The position numbers and the translations under genes are program-made. Of a stretch of 60,000 nucleotides of DNA, positions 8,802 to 19,000 are shown one piece after another. The notes below the pieces were generated by a model. The model saw only the letters and a list, made by a program, of their open reading frames with translations. It was not told where the DNA came from and did not search any database. Position 1 is the first letter of the stretch. Each line of letters starts with the position of its first letter. Source of the DNA: Nanobdellota archaeon. GTDB taxonomy: Archaea; Nanobdellota; Nanobdellia; Parvarchaeales; Parvarchaeaceae. The DNA is taken from NCBI GenBank assembly GCA_021800365.1, contig JAJYZA010000001.1, positions 85,377 through 145,376 of the forward strand, in the 5' to 3' direction.

Positions 8802-9890
8802 ATGAATATTTCGAAGATAATGACGAGAAAGGTTGTCTCTATAGATAAAAATACGACACTCAGTTCTGCTATAAGCATAATGAGTATAAAAGGCATAAAG
8901 GAGTTGCCAGTATTGAGTAATAAGAAGTATGTTGGTTTGCTTTTGTATTATGATTTGATGTCAAAAGATGCCGCTAAGACAACAAAGATCGAAGGTTTTG
9001 TAAAGAAAGTGCCTACTTTGTCGCCGCGCGATTTAATCGACAAAGCCATAAAGACGATGCAGACGAATGGAGTTGGTGCAGTACCAATAACTGATGAGGA
9101 CAAAAAACTAGTTGGAATAATTTCTGATTATGATATAATAAAACTATTGATAAATAGTCGTGTTTTTGATTCATTAAAAGTCGAAGATGTTGTAATAAGA
9201 CGTTTCCCAATCTTAAGAACGGATGATAATATAGGAAAAGCACAGAAATTAGCTGCTTTAAATAAAATAGACGGTCTTCCGGTTATAGATAACTTTGGTC
9301 GCACTGTGGGACAGGTTCTTCTATCAGATATACTAAAATATACCGCAGCCGCATATTCGAATAGAAAATCGGGTAAAAAAGACCTTGATCCGAATAAGTT
9401 GTCGATGCTAGATAAAAATATCATGGAGATCTCGAGGAGAGAACTACCGCAGATATCCCTTACTCTAAACTTAAGAAGAGCCCTTGAAATAATGTTATCC
9501 GCAAAAATAAAAGGGGCCATAGTTATAGATAACGATATGCATCCAGTCGGAGTGCTGAGCAGACTAAAGATACTTGACATGCTTGGTGGGAAAAAGGTGG
9601 GAGACAACATAGACGTAGAGGTATCTGGAGACTGCGACTATGAATTTATGCTTATTGCTAGAAGTGAAATAAATAAACGGGAGCAGGTATTCTTCAGTGC
9701 GGGAGGAATCGACGAAATTAAGATCCATATCAAAAAAGTACATGATCCGACCGGAAAATACCAGTTTAATCTTAATGCCTTCGGAAAAAAGAGATATGAT
9801 ATAAAAGTCGAGGGAATGACAAGAGAAATGTTACTTATGGAAGCGGTTGATAAGCTGGAAAATGCTGTAGAACACCAGATACATCGTTAG
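8802..9890 (+). CDS. tandem CBS-domain protein with C-terminal HPF/RaiA-like domain (ribosome hibernation factor candidate)
   Basis: Four CBS repeats (ELPVL..YVGLL; AVPITDEDKKLVGIIS; GLPVIDNFGRTVG; VIDNDMHPVGVLS) plus a ~95-aa tail IDVEVSG...IKIHIKK...MEAVDKLENAV. Confidence 0.8.
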   Translation: MNISKIMTRKVVSIDKNTTLSSAISIMSIKGIKELPVLSNKKYVGLLLYYDLMSKDAAKTTKIEGFVKKVPTLSPRDLIDKAIKTMQTNGVGAVPITDEDKKLVGIISDYDIIKLLINSRVFDSLKVEDVVIRRFPILRTDDNIGKAQKLAALNKIDGLPVIDNFGRTVGQVLLSDILKYTAAAYSNRKSGKKDLDPNKLSMLDKNIMEISRRELPQISLTLNLRRALEIMLSAKIKGAIVIDNDMHPVGVLSRLKILDMLGGKKVGDNIDVEVSGDCDYEFMLIARSEINKREQVFFSAGGIDEIKIHIKKVHDPTGKYQFNLNAFGKKRYDIKVEGMTREMLLMEAVDKLENAVEHQIHR

Positions 9891-9912
9891 CGTTTGCTGA
9901 GAGATTTATACA

Positions 9913-10227
9913 TTATATTTTGTTGAGTACGTATTCTCTTCTTATTTTCTCTCCATCAAATGCGATGCTATCGGCGATTAATTTCGCCCGTTTCCTTTCA
10001 ATTGAAAATTTATCATTAACGCCATTGATCGTATAACCTCCTAACTTACAATCCGATCGTATAACTTTATAGCAGGGATAACGTTTAGGGTCGCTATTCA
10101 TGCTTAGTATCTTTCCCACCTGTCTAGGATTTAGTCTAAGTTTTTTAGCTATTGCATTATAAGTAATCACTTTACCCTTTGGGATCCTTTGCAGCAGTGA
10201 ATAGACCGCATTATACTTATCTTTCAT
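9913..10227 (-). CDS. ogt: MGMT/Ogt-family methylated-DNA-protein-cysteine methyltransferase (C-terminal domain only)
   Basis: IPKGKVITY, RQVG, PCYKVI (variant of PCHRV), LGGY. Confidence 0.88.
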   Translation of the reverse strand: MKDKYNAVYSLLQRIPKGKVITYNAIAKKLRLNPRQVGKILSMNSDPKRYPCYKVIRSDCKLGGYTINGVNDKFSIERKRAKLIADSIAFDGEKIRREYVLNKI

Positions 10228-10919
10228 AAATTTTTATCTATTCTTGATATGATCTCTTCAGTATTTAGCAATTCTTTTTTGCCAAGTTTATTAAACCAGT
10301 TATTTATATTAAGTATGTCTCTCACCAAAAAGTCCTTCGTAAAGTTGGTTAATTTTAACGCTTGAGAAAAATCTATTAAGTACGGTTCCCCCTTGAAATT
10401 TAATATATTGTATGGGCTCAAATCTCCATGAAGAAAACCCTTTTGTCCTAATTTTACTATAAAGTCGATGATTTTTGTATACCAAGAATCTAAATTAAAA
10501 TTCGTATCCTTTACTGCTGTGTTTGCAGGGGTATCATCTTCACCTATGAACTGCATTACGATAATGTTTCTAAAAAGCCTATATGGCTCTGGCGAATTTA
10601 CTCCAACTGAAAATGCTTTTGACATGAATGTAAATTCATACCTGCTCCAATCATCTATGGTTTTTAGAAAACCACCGGTTTTACTGCCCCTAAATCGTAA
10701 GTAAGAAGGTATTTCCTTGAATGATTCGATGTTGTGGCGGTGTATCTTCACCGCGACCTTTCGCTTTTGAAGATCCGTACTTAAGAATACATAGGATTCT
10801 TTTCCGCTGCCTATGGGCCCACTAAGCTGTCCAATATATCCGTCGCTTTCTAATTTATTTACATTGTATATCGTGCTCTCATCAAAAACATGAAGATATG
10901 TCTTTTTAAGCTCCGACAT
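10224..10919 (-). CDS. rio1: RIO1-family Ser/Thr kinase
   Basis: [31 protein letters not shown]. Confidence 0.92.
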   Translation of the reverse strand: MSELKKTYLHVFDESTIYNVNKLESDGYIGQLSGPIGSGKESYVFLSTDLQKRKVAVKIHRHNIESFKEIPSYLRFRGSKTGGFLKTIDDWSRYEFTFMSKAFSVGVNSPEPYRLFRNIIVMQFIGEDDTPANTAVKDTNFNLDSWYTKIIDFIVKLGQKGFLHGDLSPYNILNFKGEPYLIDFSQALKLTNFTKDFLVRDILNINNWFNKLGKKELLNTEEIISRIDKNL

Positions 10920-12828
10920 AATGTTTCTTAAATGCGCCGCTTATCGCGTGAAGAAGCCGTTTCTTGCTAGCACTATCAACCATGGCATATTTTATCACTT
11001 CCATTATGTTCTTAACCGGGATAATCCTTATTTTCTCACCGTCTTCCGGGACTATGTCTTCTTTATTCGCCATTGGGATTATTACTTCCTTTGCGCCAGC
11101 GTTTACGGCTGCGCCTATCTTAGCGTTTACTCCGCCTATTGGTAGAACTTCGCCGAGAATAGACAGAGAACCCGTCATTGCTACTGATTGTTTTATCGGG
11201 ATGCCGGTCAAAGCAGATAGTATACTAGTAGCTACACTTATGCTAGCACTGTCCCCTTCTACGCCGGAATATGCCTGTAAAAACTGCAGGTGTATATCAT
11301 AATTTGTGAGCGGCTCTTTAGCGTAAAGCTTTATTATAGCGGAGACATTTTTTACCGCTTCCTGCGCAATTTCACCAAGTTTACCGGTTGCTATTATCTC
11401 TCCTGCACCCTTTCGCATGCTTTTAGTAACGACAGATTCTATTGGCAATAGAAGTCCTGAATCAGAATTTTCTATAACTGCCAAGCCGTTAACTCTACCT
11501 ATACGAGAACCGCTCACTTGTATCACATCATAATCCTTCTTTTCCTTTATGTATCTAGAGGCAATCTGCTGCTCAAATGACTTGGCATAATCTTTAGCCT
11601 TTATAACGTCCATAGCAGTTACTACTGAATGTTTATTTTCTTTTGAAACATCACCTGCTACCCTGACTATTCCTCCCAATTCTCTTAACTTAAGTGTAAG
11701 TGCGTCTTTTCTATCAGATTTTCGCTTTGCTTCTTTTATGATTTCGGCTACAGCCTCTCTGGAAAACGCCGGTATTTTCTTGTCTTTTGATACCTCCTGT
11801 GCAACGAATCGCGCTATCTTATTCCTATTTTCTATAGTATCTTGCATCGTGTCATTCATATAAACTTCGTATCCGTAACCTCTTATCCTAGATCTCAGTG
11901 CCGGACTCATTGCAGAAATAGAAGAAGGGTTACCTGCGCCTACGAGTATGAAATCACAAGGTGCCGCGGTCGTCTTCACCATCGCTCCCGCACTGCGTTC
12001 GCTTCTGCCTGTTATAGCGGCTTTTCTCTCCTGCATAGCAGTAAGCAGTTGTATTTGCATCTCGGGAGAAAGATTTGCTATCTCATCTATAAATAACACA
12101 CCACCATTCGCTTTATGGATATCGCCTAAAACTACCCGTTCATGGGCAGGCGTACCTAATCCACCGGACTGAAATGGATCGTGCTGAACGTCTCCAAGAA
12201 GTGCTCCTTCATGCGCACCAGTAGCATCTATAAACGGCGCGTGCTTAAGCCCGGAATTATCCAACAATAGTTTTGGTCCAATAACGGCTATTCTCTGTTT
12301 ACCTAATCGATACATGAGTATCACTATAAGAAAACCAATTAGCATTGTTATTATGAAAAGTGTACCCGATATCTGATTTGCGGCTGCCAGTATGGGATTT
12401 GGCTGTCCGCTGACAAATGCGTCTACGATATAGGTTGCAACGAAAAATGCAACGAGTATCCCTATAAAAATCAAAGAGCTGTTTCCCCCATTTAGAGCGG
12501 CTAGATTTTTAGCCTTTGCCTGTGCAACTATGCGCTTCCCTTCTCCTGTGGGTAACGCTTTTATTATTGGCTCGTTTTCATCTTTCGGATTCGGGAGTGA
12601 CAATATATCGACAAGTTTCTCTGCTGGCAGAAGTTCTGATAACGCCAATCCGAGCATGCTCTTTCCAGTTCCCGGCGTACCAATCAACAATACGTTTCTC
12701 CTTTGGGTGGCAGCCTTTTTTATTATCTCTACGGCCTCATCCTGACCGATTACCTGCTCAATCATCTTCGTAGGGGTCTTTATGTCATCGGTCGTCTTGA
12801 AGGGGATGCTAAATATATTTTCTGACAT
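10906..12828 (-). CDS. lonB: archaeal membrane Lon protease LonB
   Basis: [10 protein letters not shown] insert in the AAA domain, [20 protein letters not shown] catalytic Ser and downstream Lys. Confidence 0.96.
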   Translation of the reverse strand: MSENIFSIPFKTTDDIKTPTKMIEQVIGQDEAVEIIKKAATQRRNVLLIGTPGTGKSMLGLALSELLPAEKLVDILSLPNPKDENEPIIKALPTGEGKRIVAQAKAKNLAALNGGNSSLIFIGILVAFFVATYIVDAFVSGQPNPILAAANQISGTLFIITMLIGFLIVILMYRLGKQRIAVIGPKLLLDNSGLKHAPFIDATGAHEGALLGDVQHDPFQSGGLGTPAHERVVLGDIHKANGGVLFIDEIANLSPEMQIQLLTAMQERKAAITGRSERSAGAMVKTTAAPCDFILVGAGNPSSISAMSPALRSRIRGYGYEVYMNDTMQDTIENRNKIARFVAQEVSKDKKIPAFSREAVAEIIKEAKRKSDRKDALTLKLRELGGIVRVAGDVSKENKHSVVTAMDVIKAKDYAKSFEQQIASRYIKEKKDYDVIQVSGSRIGRVNGLAVIENSDSGLLLPIESVVTKSMRKGAGEIIATGKLGEIAQEAVKNVSAIIKLYAKEPLTNYDIHLQFLQAYSGVEGDSASISVATSILSALTGIPIKQSVAMTGSLSILGEVLPIGGVNAKIGAAVNAGAKEVIIPMANKEDIVPEDGEKIRIIPVKNIMEVIKYAMVDSASKKRLLHAISGAFKKHYVGA

Positions 12829-12883
12829 AACTTAACGTATCAATACTTGTTTTTATGGCTTTATTAATTTTATTTCGCTCGAA

Positions 12884-13168
12884 TCAAATCTGTTGCGACT
12901 CTTGCTGCTCCTCTTCAGAAGGGGAAGCTACTATATTCGAAATTATCATAACATCATCTATCGCTCTTACTAAGTTGTGCTGTATTATCGCACCTCTTGC
13001 GCCCTTTATTATTTTAGAAAGATTTGAGGACTGGCCTGCTTTTACTCTCCATCCCACTACTCTATTATCCTGCACTATGGCCTCATCTACATCGCCAAAA
13101 TAAGAACCGCTGTCTGTATACACTTTCAAGCCATAGGTTTTGGAAACATTCTTTAATTTTAGTGCCAT
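12884..13168 (-). CDS. PRC-barrel domain protein (CdpB-like)
   Basis: YGLKVYTDSGSYFGDVDE...LVRAIDDVMII pattern with an acidic tail. Confidence 0.85.
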   Translation of the reverse strand: MALKLKNVSKTYGLKVYTDSGSYFGDVDEAIVQDNRVVGWRVKAGQSSNLSKIIKGARGAIIQHNLVRAIDDVMIISNIVASPSEEEQQESQQI

Positions 13169-13583
13169 ATAATAATCTGTCTTTTTGTGTTTAAATACCT
13201 TTTTCTAAAGTTCGGCGATGTTCCGAAAAACTCGTGTATTTGTCAATACGTATTAGCTTTGATTCCCGTCCTCTTTAATCTGTTCTTGTCTTTATCAGTA
13301 AAACGCAAAACGTAATTATCAGGGATGTCATTTTTACAAGCGCTTCGGCGATGAATTGTGTATCCAAATCTAATAATGTTTTTATCGGGCTCTTTTCGGT
13401 GATTCATAATCCCTCATGGAAAACTCTGTTTCTTTTCCTAGGGGTGCTCTAGTTTTGACAGCGATTCCTCATTCGTGTACTGCTTAGAAGCCAATTTGTA
13501 TTTAAATGTTTAAACATGCAAACCGGGTCGCGTTTTATCAAGTATCCGGCTGAAAAACGCCTCGGAACGTTAAAAATGGCCGG

Positions 13584-14015
13584 CTATATTGTTATCTCTT
13601 CCCAGGTTACCCTTTTATCCTCAACCGCATTTTTTATCCTCTCTTCCGTACTGCTCAATCTGGCATTTCCCGTTTTTACCTCTATGAATTTTATATCTAC
13701 TTTATCGTTGGAAGCGTCTCCATCAGATAATCCCTCAAAAACTATATAATCTATCGGGCTTCCAATAAACCTGAAATCGGAAAGGTTCCCGGCCTTCTCG
13801 TATAACAGAGGAAACAACTGTTCACTTATCTTTCCCTTTATAACGTGCCTTTGGGCTTCTAATGATTTGTTAAGCTCCCAAGAAAGTTTTTTTTCTGCCC
13901 ATTTGCCGAATAAACTCCTTGCGATGCGTTTTACCAATAACCACATTATAAAAATCAGAAGTAATGAGAACGACACGGCTCCGATTATAAGACCTACCCA
14001 AAAATCACTTATCAT
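13584..14015 (-). CDS. membrane-anchored Holliday junction resolvase-like endonuclease
   Basis: N-terminal TM; VIKGKISEQLFP, DFRFIGSPIDYIVFEG, FIEVKTG PD-(D/E)xK motifs. Confidence 0.88.
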   Translation of the reverse strand: MISDFWVGLIIGAVSFSLLLIFIMWLLVKRIARSLFGKWAEKKLSWELNKSLEAQRHVIKGKISEQLFPLLYEKAGNLSDFRFIGSPIDYIVFEGLSDGDASNDKVDIKFIEVKTGNARLSSTEERIKNAVEDKRVTWEEITI

Positions 14016-14068
14016 ATTGATTCACCGCAAGTTTAAGGCGGTGGTTTTTCACCCCAAAGCAATAATTT

Positions 14069-14140
14069 TGTCGGGGATGGGATTCGGACCCATGACCTCT
14101 GCCTCATGAGGGCAGCGTACTACCGCTGTACTACCCCGAC
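14069..14140 (-). tRNA. tRNA-Met(CAT), elongator type
   Basis: GTCGGGG/CCCCGAC acceptor, anticodon arm CTGCC-CTCATGA-GGCAG; G1-C72, so not the initiator. Confidence 0.88.
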
Positions 14141-14284
14141 GTTTATTCTATAATAAGTCTCGAAACAATTTATGCTTTTTATACCCTAATAGAGCTTAGC
14201 GGTGAGATATTAAATCTTATCGCTACTTTCTGCAGAAAATAAAGCATTTATACTACTTCCCTTCATTGAATCTGATATAGGTAT

Positions 14285-14887
14285 ATGGAGAACCCAACAA
14301 CGTCGCTTGAAAGAATACTTGCCGAGGATATCAGCAGTGCAATGAAAATAGCGATAGCCGCGTTTTCAACAAAAGTAAATGCCAGATCTGACAGAACTTT
14401 TTATGAAACTTTTGGCGAGGCTTTTTACGGGATTATAAAGAACAGAGGAGTATACAAGAAAATCGACAGCGAAGGCCTGAATAGTATTATCCAAAATACA
14501 CAAAAACTCTTCAAATCTGCCGAATCCGTTGTTCTTGCAGACCCGCGCAGTCATTCCACATTAGAAGCGATGACTTTAAATAAGTCCCACACATATGATG
14601 GCATATTAAACGACTTACCTGCGTTCCCTCCTTCTTGTGAAAAGGATTATACTTCACTGCCCTATCTGTCTCTACGCGATTATACATTGGGTGCGCTTAT
14701 GGCTGCTTCTGATGAAACTAAGTTTGAGCTTGAAGGAATAAATTACGTGTTAGAATTGTATAACACTATCCCCTTTATCGAGACTTACGTAGGTAAAAGA
14801 ATTGATTTAACGGTGCATAAAAATGATGGGACGACAGAATATTTCAGTGACAATAGATTAAGCTACAAAAAGGACCTATCGCTGTGA
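14285..14887 (+). CDS. hypothetical soluble protein
   Basis: 200-aa ORF with a TTTATA box upstream; no recognised motif. Confidence 0.7.
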   Translation: MENPTTSLERILAEDISSAMKIAIAAFSTKVNARSDRTFYETFGEAFYGIIKNRGVYKKIDSEGLNSIIQNTQKLFKSAESVVLADPRSHSTLEAMTLNKSHTYDGILNDLPAFPPSCEKDYTSLPYLSLRDYTLGALMAASDETKFELEGINYVLELYNTIPFIETYVGKRIDLTVHKNDGTTEYFSDNRLSYKKDLSL

Positions 14888-14894
14888 GAGCTTT

Positions 14895-15971
14895 TTATAA
14901 CCTGACCTTATTTCTTGTTTGCTTTTGAAGTGCCGTAGTCCTTGATTTAAAAAAATCAAATGCGTAATGTAAACATAGAAATTCCGATGAAATCAATAAA
15001 ATCGTAAATGCCAATGAAACTCCAAATGAAGAATAAGCTGCGAATCCAAAGCCAAAAAGATATGGCCAGCTAGCATTTACAGTTGAGCTATAAAAATAGG
15101 AGAATGGAAGATTACCAAAGAGATCTATGAGAAGCCCAACTAAAAACAGCGAAGGGACTATAAATGTTATAAACCTAAGCGCTTCAATCCGCCTATTATC
15201 AAACACTAAATAAGCGAAAAACACGTTCGTAGCAATGTATACAACAAGCAAATCATAATGTAGCGTCCCATACGTCATTAAATTAGGATCAAAGATAAGC
15301 AAGTATAAACCCGCCAGGATAACTAGGACAAATGCAATTTTAGGGATGTATCTCCTAATCAGGCCATAAAAATGCGCGGTAAACGCAGCTAGAAAGGCGA
15401 CTATAATGATTATAATCCCGAGAATGCCATATTTCTCATTAGGGCCAGATGGGAAGGCATTACCTAAAAATGCGGGTGATTCGCCTGTCGGTGTAGGGGG
15501 AGGATAATAACCACTGCCATTACTTTTGCCGGTCAAAGCAGTTGTTATTGTCTTATTTGTAACGTTCAGCACTAGAGTAGCGACATTTGTCGATGGGTCG
15601 GCGCCGACCGCCCTAAAATCAATTAGGTATATGCCGAGCGCAGTGCTATTAGAGACCAATATAGAAAAATTCCCGGAAAACGTAGGGTTTTCTAAAAGAG
15701 ATGGCAGTCCGCCAAAAGATATCCCGGATACGCTACTGTTGCTTCTGATATCAGTTACTTCTAATTGTGTACCGGCTGCATTACCAGAAGACAATGTAAT
15801 GGCATACTTAATAACAGTACTGCTTGCAGGATTTATAGCCACGTTATAGGCAGACAGCGTCAATGCAGAGTCACCATAACTATTTTGTGCCCTTACTATC
15901 CCAACAAAAAACGTGAAGAAAAGGAACAGACATGCAACTAATAGTAATAGTCTTTTATATAAAATTAACAT
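14895..15971 (-). CDS. membrane protein with signal peptide, extracellular Ig-like domain and ~5 C-terminal TM helices
   Basis: Signal peptide (..VRA-Q), beta-rich domain, Pro-rich linker YYPPPTPT, hydrophobic C-half. Confidence 0.8.
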   Translation of the reverse strand: MLILYKRLLLLVACLFLFFTFFVGIVRAQNSYGDSALTLSAYNVAINPASSTVIKYAITLSSGNAAGTQLEVTDIRSNSSVSGISFGGLPSLLENPTFSGNFSILVSNSTALGIYLIDFRAVGADPSTNVATLVLNVTNKTITTALTGKSNGSGYYPPPTPTGESPAFLGNAFPSGPNEKYGILGIIIIIVAFLAAFTAHFYGLIRRYIPKIAFVLVILAGLYLLIFDPNLMTYGTLHYDLLVVYIATNVFFAYLVFDNRRIEALRFITFIVPSLFLVGLLIDLFGNLPFSYFYSSTVNASWPYLFGFGFAAYSSFGVSLAFTILLISSEFLCLHYAFDFFKSRTTALQKQTRNKVRL

Positions 15972-16056
15972 AAAGATATGATTAAGTTGACGTTATTTAT
16001 AAGTTTATTTATTTTACGCATAAAACCCAATAGCACCATAAATTTTTATCTAATCC

Positions 16057-19000
16057 TCAGGGAGGAGTTGTTGTGCAACTATACGGCAGATTAATCGTAC
16101 CGCCTGCGGTTAGATAAATATTGACGTAATTAGACGGTGTTGTACAATCTCCAGCTTGATCATTAGCTGCACTAAATAGGTAACTTCCTGGTCCATTGTC
16201 CTCTCCAGATATTATAGAAGATTGTGCCACCTCTCCACAGTTAAAACTTTGGCCATAAAATGAGTCGACCTGCACTTCTGATGTATATGGTGAATATACT
16301 ACACATTTTTGACCATCACCATACCATTCAAAACCCCATGTATCGCCACTAATGGCAAAGGGGTATTGATTGCCACCGTTAACACTATACGTCGCAGTAA
16401 TCGTAGTGTTGCAACCCCAATGTCCAAATGTAACGGTAGTACCGGCTATGACACTATTCCCATTAGAACCAGGAAGAGAATCGCAAGCATAATTCTCAAT
16501 ATGGGCAACCGCTGAGAAGACTCCTGCATGAGTTACTTCTGTTATAGAATTACTTCCGCGAGGTGGAGCGACTGTTGGGGCACTGTTATTTGCTGATGAA
16601 TAAGTAACGTACCACTTTGTATATTGGCCCGGACCTGTCCCGGCGTTATTTGTTATGCCACTATCAGAGAAGCTGAACTGAGTCGTGCACGACCAGTCAC
16701 CATTATTAAACGTATATGTGCTACCTGCTTGTACACTTGAAACATATGCAGAACATGAAAGCCCATCGATGGTAGCTGTTGCAGAATAGTCGCCAGGAGG
16801 ACTCGGTATCTGTATATTGCCGCCTGCCTTAGATGAAGACACGGTATTACCGTCATATGTCACCGTCCAATTGTAACCACCTGGAAGACCAGATTCTTCA
16901 AATTCTGTATAGCAAGAGCCAGCAGTATAACTTATAGTTTCGCTGCCTTCTCCAATGGTTATCTTTCCAGAATTTGGAGTCGGGTTATATGCGCATGCAC
17001 CATTAACATATGTGGTTGGTACTGAAAAGGTATAAACCGTTCCGAGAGGGGCATCAAAGTTCCCAGCCTGAGCATTTGTATGTAAGTGTATAGTCATTTG
17101 GGCAACATCTAGAGGAGCTGTTACATATACGTAATTATTATTTTGTGCGGCAGCGGCTATATCGCTGAGGTCTGCATTATTTATTAAAGTGTATACGACG
17201 GAATCTGAAGATGTGTTTATCGCATAAAGCAGCTGACCATTTGCGTATAACAGTTTACCATCCGAAGACGGCGCGAGGCTGTACACACTATACAAAGGCA
17301 GAGTTTTAATCTGGTAAGTACTTAAGTCTATTATTGAAAAATTATCGCTACCACCTACATAAAGTTTATTTCCGGTGGGAGATTCGGCGATACTTGTCGT
17401 ATATCCCGATTGTCCAAGTGGCAAAGTAATGTCCGTTATATATGAGCTTTTTCCTGAAAGGTAAGCGGTTACATTTACTATGCTTAGCTGGTTTCCAGTG
17501 CCAATAACGGACACGTATTGACTTGTCTGATCGCTAAGTTTAGGTGAAACTGCCAAGTCTTCAACGGAATAAGTATTAGAAATGGTACCGAGATTTATGG
17601 GGTACTGAGACTCTGGAGCTCTATTGCATAAAGTTTCCAGTCCCAAATAGGAAACGGAGGACGACACAATAGCATCGAAAAGCGCATATACACAAGCATC
17701 ACTATATGTATCTGCTGATGTTGCAACAAGCCGTGTTTGGTAACTATTTCCGTTCGAGAACTCTACCAATGGTGGAAAAGTTATATTCACGACCTCGGAT
17801 TCGGTGGTTAAGTTTATCTCTGTGATGATATTTGTCAGTGGAGCGGACACATATGCGTATTTGCCATCGGGAGTTATTGTTACTCCATTTGGATTTGATG
17901 GTAATGCATATGTCCGTACTACCTTACCAGTAGCTGTGTATGCCTGAATGAGTGTCGATGAAGAACTGTTTATCGTATATGTGAAGAGACCATCGGGAGA
18001 GACTGCTATTCCATGCCGTGGAAGTTCCCCGGATTCAGTTGCGCCCCATAGATAGCCTGTAGTGTTTAACGTCAGCTTATGTGTGGATATGCCTGTACTC
18101 ATACTGTATATACCTGGAACAGCCGTCAAATAAACATCCCAGTAAGCTCCGGACGGCAACCCGGATTCATAGAAAGTAAACTGGCAGTTGCCTGAAAATG
18201 CATAAGTTATAGACAGTGAGCTTCCTGGATATATCTTGCCTGAAGAATTAGACGGATTGTACAGACATGGTAGATAATCTGTGCTTGCTGAGGTGGCTAA
18301 AGCGTAACCTATTGAAAATTGTTGCGATGACGGAGACGCAGGAGTGCTGAAGGATATTGCATTGTAGTTAATGAGGGTAGAATTTGTTCCCTCATAATTA
18401 GTCCACCATGTGCCGAGTGGGAAATTCTGGCCTGTATCAATGGGCAACTCGGTAAATGTGGTTATACAGGACCAGCTATTGATAGCCACATCATTATAAT
18501 TATATGAACCTGTGCTTACGGTTTTCTTAGCAGTACACGTAAGACCATCTACTGAAGCGCTCGCTACAAAGGTGCCATTTTGTGTTACTAATGTTATAGG
18601 TGAGTTTGTACTATTGGAACCGGTTATGCCATCGAAAGTTACGCTCCACTTAAATCCCGGCGGCAGAGAGGATTCTGTAAATGTCGTAGCACAGTTCACT
18701 ACTGAATAATTAACTTGTAAAGTGTTGCCTGTAGGCAAATATCCCGCAGCCGGTATTACTGTGTACTTGCAGCCGTTTATTGTAATAGAACTTAGTGGGA
18801 GCGACAAAGCTACAGCGGACGCTTGTGCGCCAGTAGTCAGATTCGCTATAGATTGGTAAGACGTTGCATTTAGGATTTGTAGAGAACCGCCGTTATACCT
18901 TGTGACATACAATAAATTCCCATCAGCAGAAACTGCGATACCGAAAGGATTTCCTTGTCCGATTATATTTATCAATTTATAGGAAGATGCATTTACTATT

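Noticed and set aside
9913-10227. PCYKV variant as an inactive ATL protein
   Set aside because: The acceptor Cys is retained, so this is treated as a normal variant.
10906-12828. Intein in LonB (also checked Lhr)
   Set aside because: Lengths and motif spacing are ordinary, with no splicing motifs.
14141-16056. attR copy of the tRNA-Asn 3' end delimiting an island
   Set aside because: No duplicate tRNA fragment was found by eye, so island status is unproven.
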